From an uncultured Candidatus Micrarchaeota archaeon (GTDB taxonomy: Archaea > Micrarchaeota > Micrarchaeia > Micrarchaeales > Micrarchaeaceae): a DNA stretch of 64,000 nt. Shown here piece after piece: positions 41,970-51,941 of the stretch (position 1 is the first letter of the stretch; each line of letters begins with the position of its first letter). The notes below the pieces were generated by a model. The model was not told where the DNA came from. It made no database searches and saw only the letters and a list, made by a program, of their open reading frames with translations. Position numbers and translations under genes: made by a program. Where the stretch lies: positions 1 through 64,000 of the forward strand of contig CAVUGN010000005.1 in the NCBI GenBank assembly GCA_963741095.1, in the 5' to 3' direction.

Positions 41970-43763
41970 ATGAACAACAAGCAGTTCTACGTCCTTCTGT
42001 TCGGGATCCTTGTTCTTGCAGCGGCGTTCAGGTTCTCGTCGATCCGCTTCGCCAATCTGTTCAGCGAGCCGGACGTGTATTATTACTACAGCGTGCTCAC
42101 GCAGGCCCATGGCCTCACTCTTCCGAGCATCTCGATCTACGACGGCGCGCCCCCGTATGAGGCGTACGGCCTCTACCTTTTGGTCCTGATCCCCCATGTG
42201 CTGACCGGCCTGTCCATCTCGACGGTGATGCTTCTGCTGGCCCCCCTCTTCGGGGTAGTAGAGGTCCTCCTAACTTACCTGTTTGCCAGAGAGCTCTTCC
42301 CGGACAGGCGGGTGGCACTCCTGTCGGCCTTCTTTGTGGCGATTCTTCCTGGAGCCCTGAACTATCAGATATCCGGGGCTTTCCGCGGGGATTCCTTCCT
42401 TAGCGTCTTTCTGCTCGTCGCCATGATTTGCCTCATCAGGGGCTACAAGGACACGAAGCGCAAAGTCCAGTACGCGTTTGCAGCGGCGATCGCCCTCTCG
42501 CTTGCGACGGTAACATGGAGCGGCGGTGCAGTTGCAGTCATCATCTTCGCAGGAGCCTCGGTGAGCCTCTCGCTCTATAGCCTCTACCGATTGGAGAGAG
42601 ACTGGCACAGGTATCCCATTTTTACCCTGCCCGCCTGGGTTGTGCTGTTCGCCATAATGAATTGGACGAAGTCGCTGCTGATGAAATATCCGCAGAATGG
42701 GTTTGCTGTGCTTGTTGCCCTGGCTGCGGAGGCGATCAGCCTTGCCGCGTGCTTCATAGGCACCAGGGCGCCGGAGAAGAAGATGCTGACCTGGCTAGGC
42801 ATGGTCTTGGTTGTCTGCGTTGTCGCCCTGCTGGTTCTTGCGTTTCTTGTTCCCTCGGTTTATGGTGTGGTGAGATACGCATTTTCGATCTCGCACTACA
42901 ATCCATCAACAATAAATGTTGCCGAGACGCAGCCGTCGTCGTTGAATTCGATAGTTGACTCGTATGGATTCCTTGGCGTATTGAGCCCTGCGATACTGCT
43001 CGTACTTTACCAATTCCCGCTCATCATAGCCGCAGCTTCGGTGCTGATCTGCTACCTCATCCGGAAGCCGATGGGCGTCTTCGCGATGCCCCTGGCGGTC
43101 TACCTGGCCGTGGCTCTCCTGCTCAACTCTGGGCAGGTGAGGTTTGTCAGCATAGCGATCGTGCCCGTATCGGTGGTCATGGCCTACCTGATATTGCGGA
43201 TAACGGACATCCCTACAACCAAATACGTGGGAGGCATCTTACTCGTCGTTGTGATGCTGCTCACCCTTTACATGGGGGTGTTGTTCATCGGAAGCTTCAA
43301 TCCGGCGTATGAGTACAGATTCATAGGCGCCCTGCAATGGCTTAAGTCTAACACGCCTTCGAACTCGACAGTCCTGGCCTTCTGGTCTGATGGCTCGGAG
43401 ATAGAGGGCGTGGCAAACAGGTTCGCCTACTCAGACAGCGTCGCGATGCAGCTGGATCCCCAGGGCACCTCGCTGTGGCTCACGACCAGCAATGCCAGCC
43501 TCTCGGGCTTCAAGCCGCCAGTCGATTACATACTGCTCCGCGCCGGGCAGTTCGGAGAGGGCGCGTACTTCTGCAACCAGTCTGGACAGCCAAACTCGGT
43601 TTGCAACAACATGGAGAACCCGCAGTACCTGGCCGAGACGCAGCCGAACTTCTACCGCATCTGGTTCGCCTGCAACGTGACTGGTTGCACGCAGAGCCTA
43701 GGCAATGAGACCTTGTCCTTGGTCTATGCCACGACCGACACCAAGATCTTCAAAGTGGACTGA
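41970..43763 (+). CDS. STT3/AglB-like GT-C membrane glycosyltransferase
   Basis: EPDVYYY, many TM segments, VAETQP, ALQWLKSNTP..VLAFWSDG. Confidence 0.75.
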   Translation: MNNKQFYVLLFGILVLAAAFRFSSIRFANLFSEPDVYYYYSVLTQAHGLTLPSISIYDGAPPYEAYGLYLLVLIPHVLTGLSISTVMLLLAPLFGVVEVLLTYLFARELFPDRRVALLSAFFVAILPGALNYQISGAFRGDSFLSVFLLVAMICLIRGYKDTKRKVQYAFAAAIALSLATVTWSGGAVAVIIFAGASVSLSLYSLYRLERDWHRYPIFTLPAWVVLFAIMNWTKSLLMKYPQNGFAVLVALAAEAISLAACFIGTRAPEKKMLTWLGMVLVVCVVALLVLAFLVPSVYGVVRYAFSISHYNPSTINVAETQPSSLNSIVDSYGFLGVLSPAILLVLYQFPLIIAAASVLICYLIRKPMGVFAMPLAVYLAVALLLNSGQVRFVSIAIVPVSVVMAYLILRITDIPTTKYVGGILLVVVMLLTLYMGVLFIGSFNPAYEYRFIGALQWLKSNTPSNSTVLAFWSDGSEIEGVANRFAYSDSVAMQLDPQGTSLWLTTSNASLSGFKPPVDYILLRAGQFGEGAYFCNQSGQPNSVCNNMENPQYLAETQPNFYRIWFACNVTGCTQSLGNETLSLVYATTDTKIFKVD

Positions 43764-43806
43764 TCGTGATCCACAAACCTGCCTGCGGCAGGGTTTGGTT
43801 AGTCCA

Positions 43807-45078
43807 TCACGCGCCGGGCAGGATCCTGCTTAGGAGGCTGGAGAACAGGGATGGCTTGCTCTTTCGCCCTCCGGCCATGAGGATCTGATCCGGTGATGGA
43901 TGAGTGCCGGACCAGTTGTCCGAGACCGGTTCCAATGTGCGCGGTTCCTCCTTCACCTTCCTGGCTTTGAATATCTGCAGGTCGTCCGGATTGACATGAT
44001 GGACTGCCGGTTTTTGATCGCTGCTCGGTGGTGTATTTTTCGCCTGCGCTACGACTGGTGTAACGCTGTTCAGGAGGCTGTGGAACATCGATGATTTGCC
44101 CGCCGGCCTGTCGCCGACTAGGATCTGGTCTGGTGAAGGGTACTCGCCGGACCAGCTCTCCGAGACTAATTCCTGCGCGTGCATCGCTTCCCTAGCCTTC
44201 CTGACCTTGAATATCATCAGGTCTTCGGGGTTGACGGGCTGGGCAACCGTGTCTTGCAGATTCGTGTTCCGCGTGATGAACTCGACGTGCGGCATTGACG
44301 GCGCCTCCACCGTTGTCGGTTCCGTCTTAAACTGCATCCTTGCCGGCTCGCTTGGGGCCATTGACGTAACGGTAGAATGGCTTGGGGAGTTTGTCGCCTG
44401 CACGACCATCATCTCGACCTGGGGCATTGGGGGTATCTCCTCGCTTGGCAGCTCGACCTTAAGCTGCTCGCTCATCATCCCGTTAGGGCTTATCGAGGTG
44501 ACTGTGCGATGGCTTTGGGCGCTTGCCGACCGCGCGTGCTCTATGTTAGTTACATGATGCAGGGCGTTGTGCTTGCGCTCCCAATCAGGCAGAGCCATGC
44601 CAGGTCCGTAGACTATCCTGTTGTTCGCCAGTTCGTGCTGCTGCTTGATCTTTATCTCTTCGTGGGACGGTTCTGCACTTGTCTTCTTGATGTGGGTGTA
44701 GTAGCTTATCGCGTTGGCCACAGCGTTCGTGTCGATCCTGGAGAGCCCTTTTATCTCTCCTTCACCAATTCCGGTGAAGAGGTGCTCCGAATCCGAAGCG
44801 CCCTGCTGCCTTATCACGACCGTGGAGAACACCAAGCTGTGGAAGACCCTGTACGAGACCACGTTGGTGTGCTCTATGAATGTTATGTTCGATTTCAATC
44901 GCATGTACTTGCGGTTCACGATTATGGTCCTCTGGTCGGTGACCATAACGACCGTCGGATTGAACAGCCCGCCGTGAAGCGGACGCTCAGTCGCATACAC
45001 CACAAGTCTTTCGCCCGGAAAGATCAGAGACGATATCGTACTCGCCTCTAGCTTCGAGAATTTTTTTGTTTTCGCCAT
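43807..45078 (-). CDS. Bacterial PH domain protein with C-terminal repeats
   Basis: PTVVMVTDQRTII; two copies of VNPxDLxIFK..WSG..PSPDQIL. Confidence 0.8.
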   Translation of the reverse strand: MAKTKKFSKLEASTISSLIFPGERLVVYATERPLHGGLFNPTVVMVTDQRTIIVNRKYMRLKSNITFIEHTNVVSYRVFHSLVFSTVVIRQQGASDSEHLFTGIGEGEIKGLSRIDTNAVANAISYYTHIKKTSAEPSHEEIKIKQQHELANNRIVYGPGMALPDWERKHNALHHVTNIEHARSASAQSHRTVTSISPNGMMSEQLKVELPSEEIPPMPQVEMMVVQATNSPSHSTVTSMAPSEPARMQFKTEPTTVEAPSMPHVEFITRNTNLQDTVAQPVNPEDLMIFKVRKAREAMHAQELVSESWSGEYPSPDQILVGDRPAGKSSMFHSLLNSVTPVVAQAKNTPPSSDQKPAVHHVNPDDLQIFKARKVKEEPRTLEPVSDNWSGTHPSPDQILMAGGRKSKPSLFSSLLSRILPGA

Positions 45079-45480
45079 GTCGCCCCCCTTTCTCGCATGC
45101 GCATGTCGCCCCCTCAGGCCGCGCACGCTTGAAACAAACTCACGGCTGGACTGAAACTTTCGATTGCCCCAGCCGTCTTCAATTCTGTTTAGTAGGGTTA
45201 GGATACTTAAATTTTGTGTTCAGGTTTTTTCATATCAGTACGGGTGACGTATGCTGTAGAAGGGATTTTAATAATTAGCCATCCATATAGTTGATGGTTA
45301 ATCTAGTGCTCGACATAAGGGCACGGAGTCCAACCATCCGAATCCTGCCTGGTTCATCTGTCTTGGTGAAATGACAATTTAATCCTTGCCCCCTGAACGC
45401 ATCGAACGGCGCATTCCGGCGATTGACGGGCGGATAAAAAACCATAAATATCTCTTAAAGCTTCAACAGTCTAGAGGGAT

Positions 45481-46485
45481 ATGGCGACCACCGCGGAAAG
45501 TCGATTGGAGATTTGCAAGGAAGCGGTCCTAGCCGGAGGCAATGCAATAAAATTCATTCCCCGCGAGGAGCGCGTGACCCAGAGGAAGTTTGACAGTTAT
45601 TTTGGCACCTCCATGGTGGGCGTTGCAGACTACAGATCACAGAAGTCTATTCTTGATGTGATAATGAGGAGGGATCTTGGCGCGTTCTTCATAACAGAAG
45701 AGGCGGTCAACGATCCCGAGTTCAGCAACCATCTGATCAGGTCGCACAACCTTGAGATGCTGAAGGAGCATGGCGCTTATGTGATAGACGAGCTTGACGG
45801 AACGGCAGGCTTCGTGAAGGGCGGGGCGCAGTGGTGCATATCGATAGGCTCCGTAAACGAGCAGCTGAAGCACGAGGCGGGGGCGATATACGCCCCGATG
45901 CTTGGCCTGCTTAACAGGCCGATGGCCAGCACGCTCTTCTATGCGGGAGAGGGAATGGGAAGCCGCATCGACTTCGCCACAAGGATATTCGAAAACGGAA
46001 AGTTGGTCTACGATAGGGTCGAGCATGTTGAAGCGAGGGTCACGAAGGCGAACAGCCTCAAGGAGGCTTACCTTGGATTCGGGATAGACTGCAATCACTC
46101 CAGCTTCAAGATGGACGGCAAGCTGATACCGAACGTCACCAACAAGGCCCTGACGGACATCTGCAGCAGTGTGAGATCATCTGCCACGACCCCGTCGTGC
46201 GCCCTTGGCCTGGGCTACCTTGCGGCCGGAGTCATGGACGTGATAATACAGCCCGTGCAGTCCGTCTGGGACTGGTCGGCAGGCAAGGTCATAGTGGAGC
46301 AGGCGGGAGGCAAGTTCATATTCTACGAGATGGCCGAGAACGGCAAACTGGGACGCATAGACGGCCTTGAGCTCAGGCACTACACCCCGGAAAAGAGGGG
46401 AGTGGGATTCGTCGCAGGGAGCGAGGCAATGGCGGAGCAGGTCATGGAGAAGCTCTTGAGGGTTAATGCAACTCTGTTCCCATGA
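45481..46485 (+). CDS. Inositol monophosphatase family protein
   Basis: ADYRSQ, TEE, IDELDGT, WDWSAG. Confidence 0.88.
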   Translation: MATTAESRLEICKEAVLAGGNAIKFIPREERVTQRKFDSYFGTSMVGVADYRSQKSILDVIMRRDLGAFFITEEAVNDPEFSNHLIRSHNLEMLKEHGAYVIDELDGTAGFVKGGAQWCISIGSVNEQLKHEAGAIYAPMLGLLNRPMASTLFYAGEGMGSRIDFATRIFENGKLVYDRVEHVEARVTKANSLKEAYLGFGIDCNHSSFKMDGKLIPNVTNKALTDICSSVRSSATTPSCALGLGYLAAGVMDVIIQPVQSVWDWSAGKVIVEQAGGKFIFYEMAENGKLGRIDGLELRHYTPEKRGVGFVAGSEAMAEQVMEKLLRVNATLFP

Positions 46486-46530
46486 GCCTTGCGGCTGCAT
46501 TGGGCAGATTAGCTTCCAGGACCAGATTCA

Positions 46531-46767
46531 TCACTTTTCCTTGTGGTTAAATATGCCTCTTATAATGGTCGAGACCTCTTTCGCACCCTCAACCCACAGA
46601 TACACTGCGGGGTGGCTGGATATAAGGTTGTTGGATGTTGTCCCGCCTTCGCTGACATGCTTCATTGCGCGGTACTGCAGCTCAGTCCTTGCCGTGCGCA
46701 GCAGATTTCCGACGCCGCGGCCTTCATGCTTCGCGACTTCCGGGCTCTTATCGACTGTTGCTGCCAT
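46531..46767 (-). CDS. Small hypothetical protein
   Basis: 78-aa ORF in an intergenic gap. Confidence 0.4.
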   Translation of the reverse strand: MAATVDKSPEVAKHEGRGVGNLLRTARTELQYRAMKHVSEGGTTSNNLISSHPAVYLWVEGAKEVSTIIRGIFNHKEK

Positions 46768-46831
46768 CGCGTATACTTCATGCGTTTCCTCCTTTTAAGC
46801 CTTTCTTACGACAACGCTTGGATATTCGCAA

Positions 46832-47710
46832 TCAGAAGTATATCCTTGAAGTCATAAATACCTGGGGCACTACGTGCTTGTAGCAAACCTGCCTCGCGTC
46901 GTCCAGGAAGGAATAGGTAAGGCCTCTCAGCGTGTCTATGATCGCCTTCGTCTTCTCGTCTTTTGCGGATTCCCTTATCTTTATCAGCATCTTGCTCGTG
47001 GCATCGAAGCTGGCTTCTGCCTCATTGAATTGCGAAACAAGGTATTCCATCTTTATGTTCAGTCTTTTCGGATCAGTGCCCACGACTTCGTCGTCCTTTA
47101 TTTCCAACCCTTGAACGTATTTCAATACATCTTCTTTCGGAAAATTCACTATGCCAAGATTGAGATCAGTGTACACATCCACTATGTCATCCGCGATCTG
47201 GATTATATAAGCGCACACGCGCGCAATCTCTGACATGCTTCTTACCGACAGTCGTGGTTTTAACAGAACCAGAAGCCCGTCGGTCCACGGTATTATCTCT
47301 TTTTGCCTGTACTCTTTTATCTCATCGGCGGATTTTAGCTTGTTTACGGACTTCGAGTATCTTATCGTGTTCAAAAGGTGCTTGTTAAGGTGCCAATAGA
47401 CCTGGTAGCGCGTCTTTTCATCGATGTCTCTTCCTTGCAGCAGCGTTATGAACTTGTAGGTGATCTGCTCGAGCCTCGTCTTTGGGTAGACCGTCTTCCC
47501 CATGCGCGCGTCCCACAGGAAGTGGCGCAGCCCGCGCAGCGTCCTCTCGTTGTTCTTGACGTCCCCGATGAAGTCGACGATTGCAAAAAATGCAACGTAG
47601 AATTGGTACAGCCCGTTTGTCTGCTCGTCAAGCTGCCTTGACAGCACCAGGAAGTTCTGTCTCCTTGTCTCGCTGCAGTAGCTGAAATTGCTTATGTCGC
47701 TGTCGCTCAA
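46832..47710 (-). CDS. Class I isoprenoid synthase-like (squalene/phytoene synthase fold) protein
   Basis: IVDFIGD, QIADDIVDVYTDL..G.VNFP. Confidence 0.65.
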   Translation of the reverse strand: MSDSDISNFSYCSETRRQNFLVLSRQLDEQTNGLYQFYVAFFAIVDFIGDVKNNERTLRGLRHFLWDARMGKTVYPKTRLEQITYKFITLLQGRDIDEKTRYQVYWHLNKHLLNTIRYSKSVNKLKSADEIKEYRQKEIIPWTDGLLVLLKPRLSVRSMSEIARVCAYIIQIADDIVDVYTDLNLGIVNFPKEDVLKYVQGLEIKDDEVVGTDPKRLNIKMEYLVSQFNEAEASFDATSKMLIKIRESAKDEKTKAIIDTLRGLTYSFLDDARQVCYKHVVPQVFMTSRIYF

Positions 47711-47758
47711 CTCTATAAATGAGTCTATGTTTACGTCTTTCCCTGTTTGGTCTTTGAT

Positions 47759-48322
47759 CTAATCGCCTAATTGCTGCTTCGCCAATTCTGGATATTTTGC
47801 CTTCAGGTTCTCTTTCGTATCCATGACAAAAATGCATCTTTGTGCGCCCAGCGCCATGCACTCTAATTCCAGCATGTCCACGTCCGTTTTGAACGCGGAT
47901 GACGCGCCGCCGGCCATGAAGCCGCGTATGACATGGTCGCAAGCTGTCTTTACTTTGCCCTTCAGGTTAGTGGTCATGGCCGAACCCTGCACGGCTATCT
48001 TACCTTTCTTGCTTTTGCTGTCAAGGTCAACCCAGGTGGCATTTCCCCAGCCGACCAGGCCGACCAGGTCGACAAAGAATTTTGTCGTATCTATGAATGT
48101 CATGCCGTAACTCTTGCCTATCGAAGTCGTAAATCCCTCCTTGTTGCTCTGCTTCGCAGCGTAGTACAGTTCCGCCACAAGCTTGGGGTCGTCGTTTATC
48201 TCCCCTATGAACAGAGAGAAAAAGTTCGCAGGCGCGAATACCAGAGGCCAGCCCATGAGATCGATGCTTCCGTCCTTGAAAGAGAGTTGCTTCACGAGCA
48301 TCAATTTCTCGAAAAGGCTCAT
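47759..48322 (-). CDS. V4R-domain protein
   Basis: GWG, CDHVIRGF, E.ECMALG..RC.F. Confidence 0.9.
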   Translation of the reverse strand: MSLFEKLMLVKQLSFKDGSIDLMGWPLVFAPANFFSLFIGEINDDPKLVAELYYAAKQSNKEGFTTSIGKSYGMTFIDTTKFFVDLVGLVGWGNATWVDLDSKSKKGKIAVQGSAMTTNLKGKVKTACDHVIRGFMAGGASSAFKTDVDMLELECMALGAQRCIFVMDTKENLKAKYPELAKQQLGD

Positions 48323-48330
48323 GAACTCGC

Positions 48331-49137
48331 CTATAGCTGTTCAGGTGGTTTAACTATGATGCCGTCTTTACTGAATTCAAAGTCATGGATGTACTGGCTG
48401 TGGTTTGTGCTCCTCATCTTAAGTACAGACATGGTTCGTATGCGTTTGATACCGATGGGCTGGTTGTAAAGCTCTATGATGCCGTCGCACGCGTACTCGC
48501 TCACCCCGTCCATCGTAAGTCCTTCGCCGGTGTTCGACTCGCTGGCTATTATGATATTGGTTGTCCCGAGCTTCTCGAGTTCGTCAATTATCATGTACAC
48601 CATGCGCTTTTCGGAGCTGCTCTTGTAGGACACCTTGTTCATCGAGCCGTCTTTTGGGATGGTTCCGTAGCCGCCGTCAACAGTCCGATCTTCGGTGTTT
48701 ATTGACACCGATGATGCTACATTCCCGCTGTACCCCATCGGTATCGACAGCAGGTTCATGTTTATCGCAAACATTGTCAAACCGTCAAAGACTATGCGCT
48801 TCACGCCCATGTCCTTCTTTATCTTGTTTATGTTCTCAAAGAGATTGAATTTGACCCCGCCCAAAGGCACCTTCAACATGTATATTTTTGCCTGTTTTTC
48901 CATTGCATCCAGATCCATGCCGAATTGCTTCGCCTGCTCCTTCAGCATATTGACCGAAGAGTCGAAGGCGACATACATGCCCTTCTCCCCGTTCATCGCA
49001 CCGTTATAGAGGTACTCTAGCGCAAAGATCGTCTTTCCGGTTCCCGGACGCCCGGTTAGCAGAACACTGAATCCTTCGGGTATCCCGCCGCCCACGAGAT
49101 TATCGAACCCGCTAATCCCCGTCTTGACTCTGTTCAT
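48331..49137 (-). CDS. KaiC/RAD55 family ATPase
   Basis: TGISGFD, GRPGTGKT, VLKMR. Confidence 0.93.
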   Translation of the reverse strand: MNRVKTGISGFDNLVGGGIPEGFSVLLTGRPGTGKTIFALEYLYNGAMNGEKGMYVAFDSSVNMLKEQAKQFGMDLDAMEKQAKIYMLKVPLGGVKFNLFENINKIKKDMGVKRIVFDGLTMFAINMNLLSIPMGYSGNVASSVSINTEDRTVDGGYGTIPKDGSMNKVSYKSSSEKRMVYMIIDELEKLGTTNIIIASESNTGEGLTMDGVSEYACDGIIELYNQPIGIKRIRTMSVLKMRSTNHSQYIHDFEFSKDGIIVKPPEQL

Positions 49138-49271
49138 AGCACCCACTTTTCTGTGTAGTATAAACAACGTAAGTCTCTAATAAGTTATCTTCCGTCCGGA
49201 TTCGGTCGTATCCTGTGCTTGAGCAGCATGGAACGGAAGCGTTTATTAGAAGCAGGTGCTTGAGATTGATG

Positions 49272-49700
49272 TTATATTCCAAGAGGGAAGTGTATCACCA
49301 ACAGTAACATACCCCATAAGACGCATAAGATAATGAAGGAAAGGAAATACCACTTGAAGCTGTCCTTGTCAAGCTTGTCGTTGAAGAGGAACAGTTGAAG
49401 GCTGCCTTCAATTAAGCCTAGGCACGCCATTGTCGCAACCACCAGCATTATGTATTTCCCTTTGAACTTGTCCATTCGGACTGACCTGTATGCGACGTAA
49501 TTCAGGATGAAAAACGTGATGAATAACGCTACGCTGATATAGATATACAGATGCGCAACGGTAAATATGTCGCTAAACAGGGGTATCGCAATGGCTATCA
49601 ACTGGCCACCGAGCCACGCTACCCAGAAGTTCTTTTGCTTCGAGAGAGTAAGTGGCGGATTGGGTGCCGCCATCATCTTGTTGAATTTTTGGTCTGCCAT
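49272..49700 (-). CDS. Four-TM membrane protein
   Basis: Hydrophobic; 15 bp downstream of the surface-protein gene. Confidence 0.75.
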   Translation of the reverse strand: MADQKFNKMMAAPNPPLTLSKQKNFWVAWLGGQLIAIAIPLFSDIFTVAHLYIYISVALFITFFILNYVAYRSVRMDKFKGKYIMLVVATMACLGLIEGSLQLFLFNDKLDKDSFKWYFLSFIILCVLWGMLLLVIHFPLGI

Positions 49701-49715
49701 TTTTTCACATTTTGC

Positions 49716-51935
49716 TCAGTTTGGGGATACCGCCACAGTGAATTGCTGCGTTCCTGATGGTGTTGATACACTACCGACATATCCGTTTATGTCAAGCAGT
49801 GAAGGTATTATCGGCAACTCTCCAACATAGGTTACAACTCCCCAGAAATATGAGGCTATTTCCTCCATGGTATCTTGAATGACTGAAGCAACTGCACTGG
49901 GATCTTTAGTTATTGAGCCCATAATATCCGCCAGCGTACTTATATAACCGTTTGGGTCTTTGCCACTCATTTGTAAGAACTGCCCATAGTAACTAAGCAA
50001 TTCCGAATCCAGATTAAGGGCTTGTATTTCTGCAGGCGTTAATGGTGTTGCGCTTGCAGAAGTGCCCATCGTAGTCGATGTGACGGTTACGACCAAAGGT
50101 GCTGCCCCTAAAGGCGGGCTGATAATCACTGTTGCTGAAGCAACATTCTGCACTACAGTCATGGTTGTGCTATCCGTAGACTGCGGGACAAACTGTATTA
50201 TTTGTTTTGCATTTCCAATCAGTTCTATCATTGCGCGCTGTGCCGGAGTCAAGGCTTGTATCTCGGGAGTGATTGGCTGCGCAACCCCATTTTGCTCTAT
50301 TCTTGCTTTTCCGTAGAGTATGTAGTTCCAGTTGTCCATCTGTGTCTCTGAAGTCAGGTAGGGGGTAGTATAGCCTGCGGCTGCAAAATCGTATATTGCA
50401 GGACCCTGCCAGAAACCTGATCCTAGTTTGGTTGTCGCTCCAGATGGAGCCACACTGCCGATGCTTAGGTCATCCTGCAGGTTTATTGCAGGTATAGGTG
50501 CAGATAATGGCTGGGTACGTTGGGTTGGCGGTTGCTGCACAACTGGTGTTGTGGTTGTCGTTGGGAGAGGGGTCGTCGTAGTTGTTGGAGGAGAAGTCGT
50601 GGTTGTTGTCGTGATCGGTGTCGACAAAGTGTACGGGCCTTGCGAATAGTTGCCGCCTATTGCTATGTATCCGTTCTCCTCAGCGGTGACAGTCTGCGTA
50701 TTGAAGATAGAGCCGTTTATTATGATATTCACGTAACACAGTACGGTCCCTACGAGCTGGTTTGCAGGAATTTCCGCAGATTGCATCTGCGCTATTATGA
50801 CGGCCTGCTGTTGGCCCGAACCCATTCCTGACGATGGAAATGTCACTGATATTGTGGGCGGGGTGTAAGTGGTTTTTGTAATTACTACAGGTGTTGTTGT
50901 TACAGGAGGCGGAGTTGTTGTAGTTGTGGTTGGTGTTGAAGTTGTGGTTGTCGGAGTCGTCGTTGTAGGGGTTGTGGTTGAAGTGGTGTAGCTGCCGGAT
51001 TTTATCGCAGTACACTGAGTGGAGGTCAGTGCCTGTATCTCGGGTGTTATAGGCCGCGTTACTCCGCCGTCGATCCTTGCGGTTCCGTAGAGCACATAGT
51101 TCCAGTTGTCCATTTGCGTTTCGGATGTCAGATAAGGCGTTGTGAACCCTGCGGCTACGAAATCGTACACTGCGGGCCCCTGCCATCCTTCCCATGCGGG
51201 TATGGTCTTCGCTCCCGATGGGTTTGTGTCGCCGATTCCAAGATCGTTCGGCAAGTTTACTGAAGGTATCACAACAGGTGTCTTTGTGATTGTAGTGGTT
51301 GTTGGAGTCGTTGTTGGTGTCGTTGTTGGTGTCGTTGTGGTGGTTGAAGTGGTGTAGCTGCCGGATTCTATCGCAGCACATTGCGCCGTAGTCAGTGCCT
51401 GTATCTCGGGTGTTATGGGCCGCGTTACTCCGCTGTCGATCCTTGCGGTTCCGTAGAGCACATAGTTCCAGTTGTCCATCTGCGTTTCGGATGTCAGATA
51501 AGGCGTTGTGAACCCTGCAGCTATGAAATCGTACACTGCGGGCCCCTGCCATCCCCCCCATGCAGGTATGGTCTTCGCTCCTGACGGGGTCGAATCGCCG
51601 ATTCCCAGATCCGCCGCAAGGTTGATTTGCGGTATGCCTACCAGGCTGACCAGCCTAAAGTATTCGTCCTTGTTATTAATTTTTACGTAGTATTCGGTCG
51701 TTGGTGCTGGTTCTGAAATTTTTTCAGTTTTTGGCGTTTCCGCGCAGGCGCCAGCGCCTGCGACTATGGCTGCCGCTAGGACCACCGGCACCACTGTCCT
51801 TTTGACCATGGAGAAGCCCCTCTCCAATGGGCTTAGATTATGCCTTTCCGTTGCCTCTTGTCCTCTTAACAATTCCACGTTTGCCGTCTTTTCCGTTGTC
51901 TTTTCGATTGTCTTTTCGTTTCGCATTGCACCCAC
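49716..51935 (-). CDS. Thr-rich repeat-domain surface protein (possible lipoprotein)
   Basis: Hydrophobic segment ending AGAC; three WQGPA..YLTSETQMDNWN domains. Confidence 0.88.
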   Translation of the reverse strand: MGAMRNEKTIEKTTEKTANVELLRGQEATERHNLSPLERGFSMVKRTVVPVVLAAAIVAGAGACAETPKTEKISEPAPTTEYYVKINNKDEYFRLVSLVGIPQINLAADLGIGDSTPSGAKTIPAWGGWQGPAVYDFIAAGFTTPYLTSETQMDNWNYVLYGTARIDSGVTRPITPEIQALTTAQCAAIESGSYTTSTTTTTPTTTPTTTPTTTTITKTPVVIPSVNLPNDLGIGDTNPSGAKTIPAWEGWQGPAVYDFVAAGFTTPYLTSETQMDNWNYVLYGTARIDGGVTRPITPEIQALTSTQCTAIKSGSYTTSTTTPTTTTPTTTTSTPTTTTTTPPPVTTTPVVITKTTYTPPTISVTFPSSGMGSGQQQAVIIAQMQSAEIPANQLVGTVLCYVNIIINGSIFNTQTVTAEENGYIAIGGNYSQGPYTLSTPITTTTTTSPPTTTTTPLPTTTTTPVVQQPPTQRTQPLSAPIPAINLQDDLSIGSVAPSGATTKLGSGFWQGPAIYDFAAAGYTTPYLTSETQMDNWNYILYGKARIEQNGVAQPITPEIQALTPAQRAMIELIGNAKQIIQFVPQSTDSTTMTVVQNVASATVIISPPLGAAPLVVTVTSTTMGTSASATPLTPAEIQALNLDSELLSYYGQFLQMSGKDPNGYISTLADIMGSITKDPSAVASVIQDTMEEIASYFWGVVTYVGELPIIPSLLDINGYVGSVSTPSGTQQFTVAVSPN

Positions 51936-51941
51936 CCATTT

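Larger units (their letters stand above)
41397..43790. mobile_element. Two-gene micro-island at the tRNA-Phe 3' end
   Basis: CCTGCCTGCGGCA at 41397-41409 and 43778-43790. Confidence 0.6.

Noticed and set aside
45140-45180. c-di-GMP-I riboswitch (GGGCAA..CGAAAG on the minus strand)
   Set aside because: The second stem and GCAAA junction are absent; kept only as a generic hairpin
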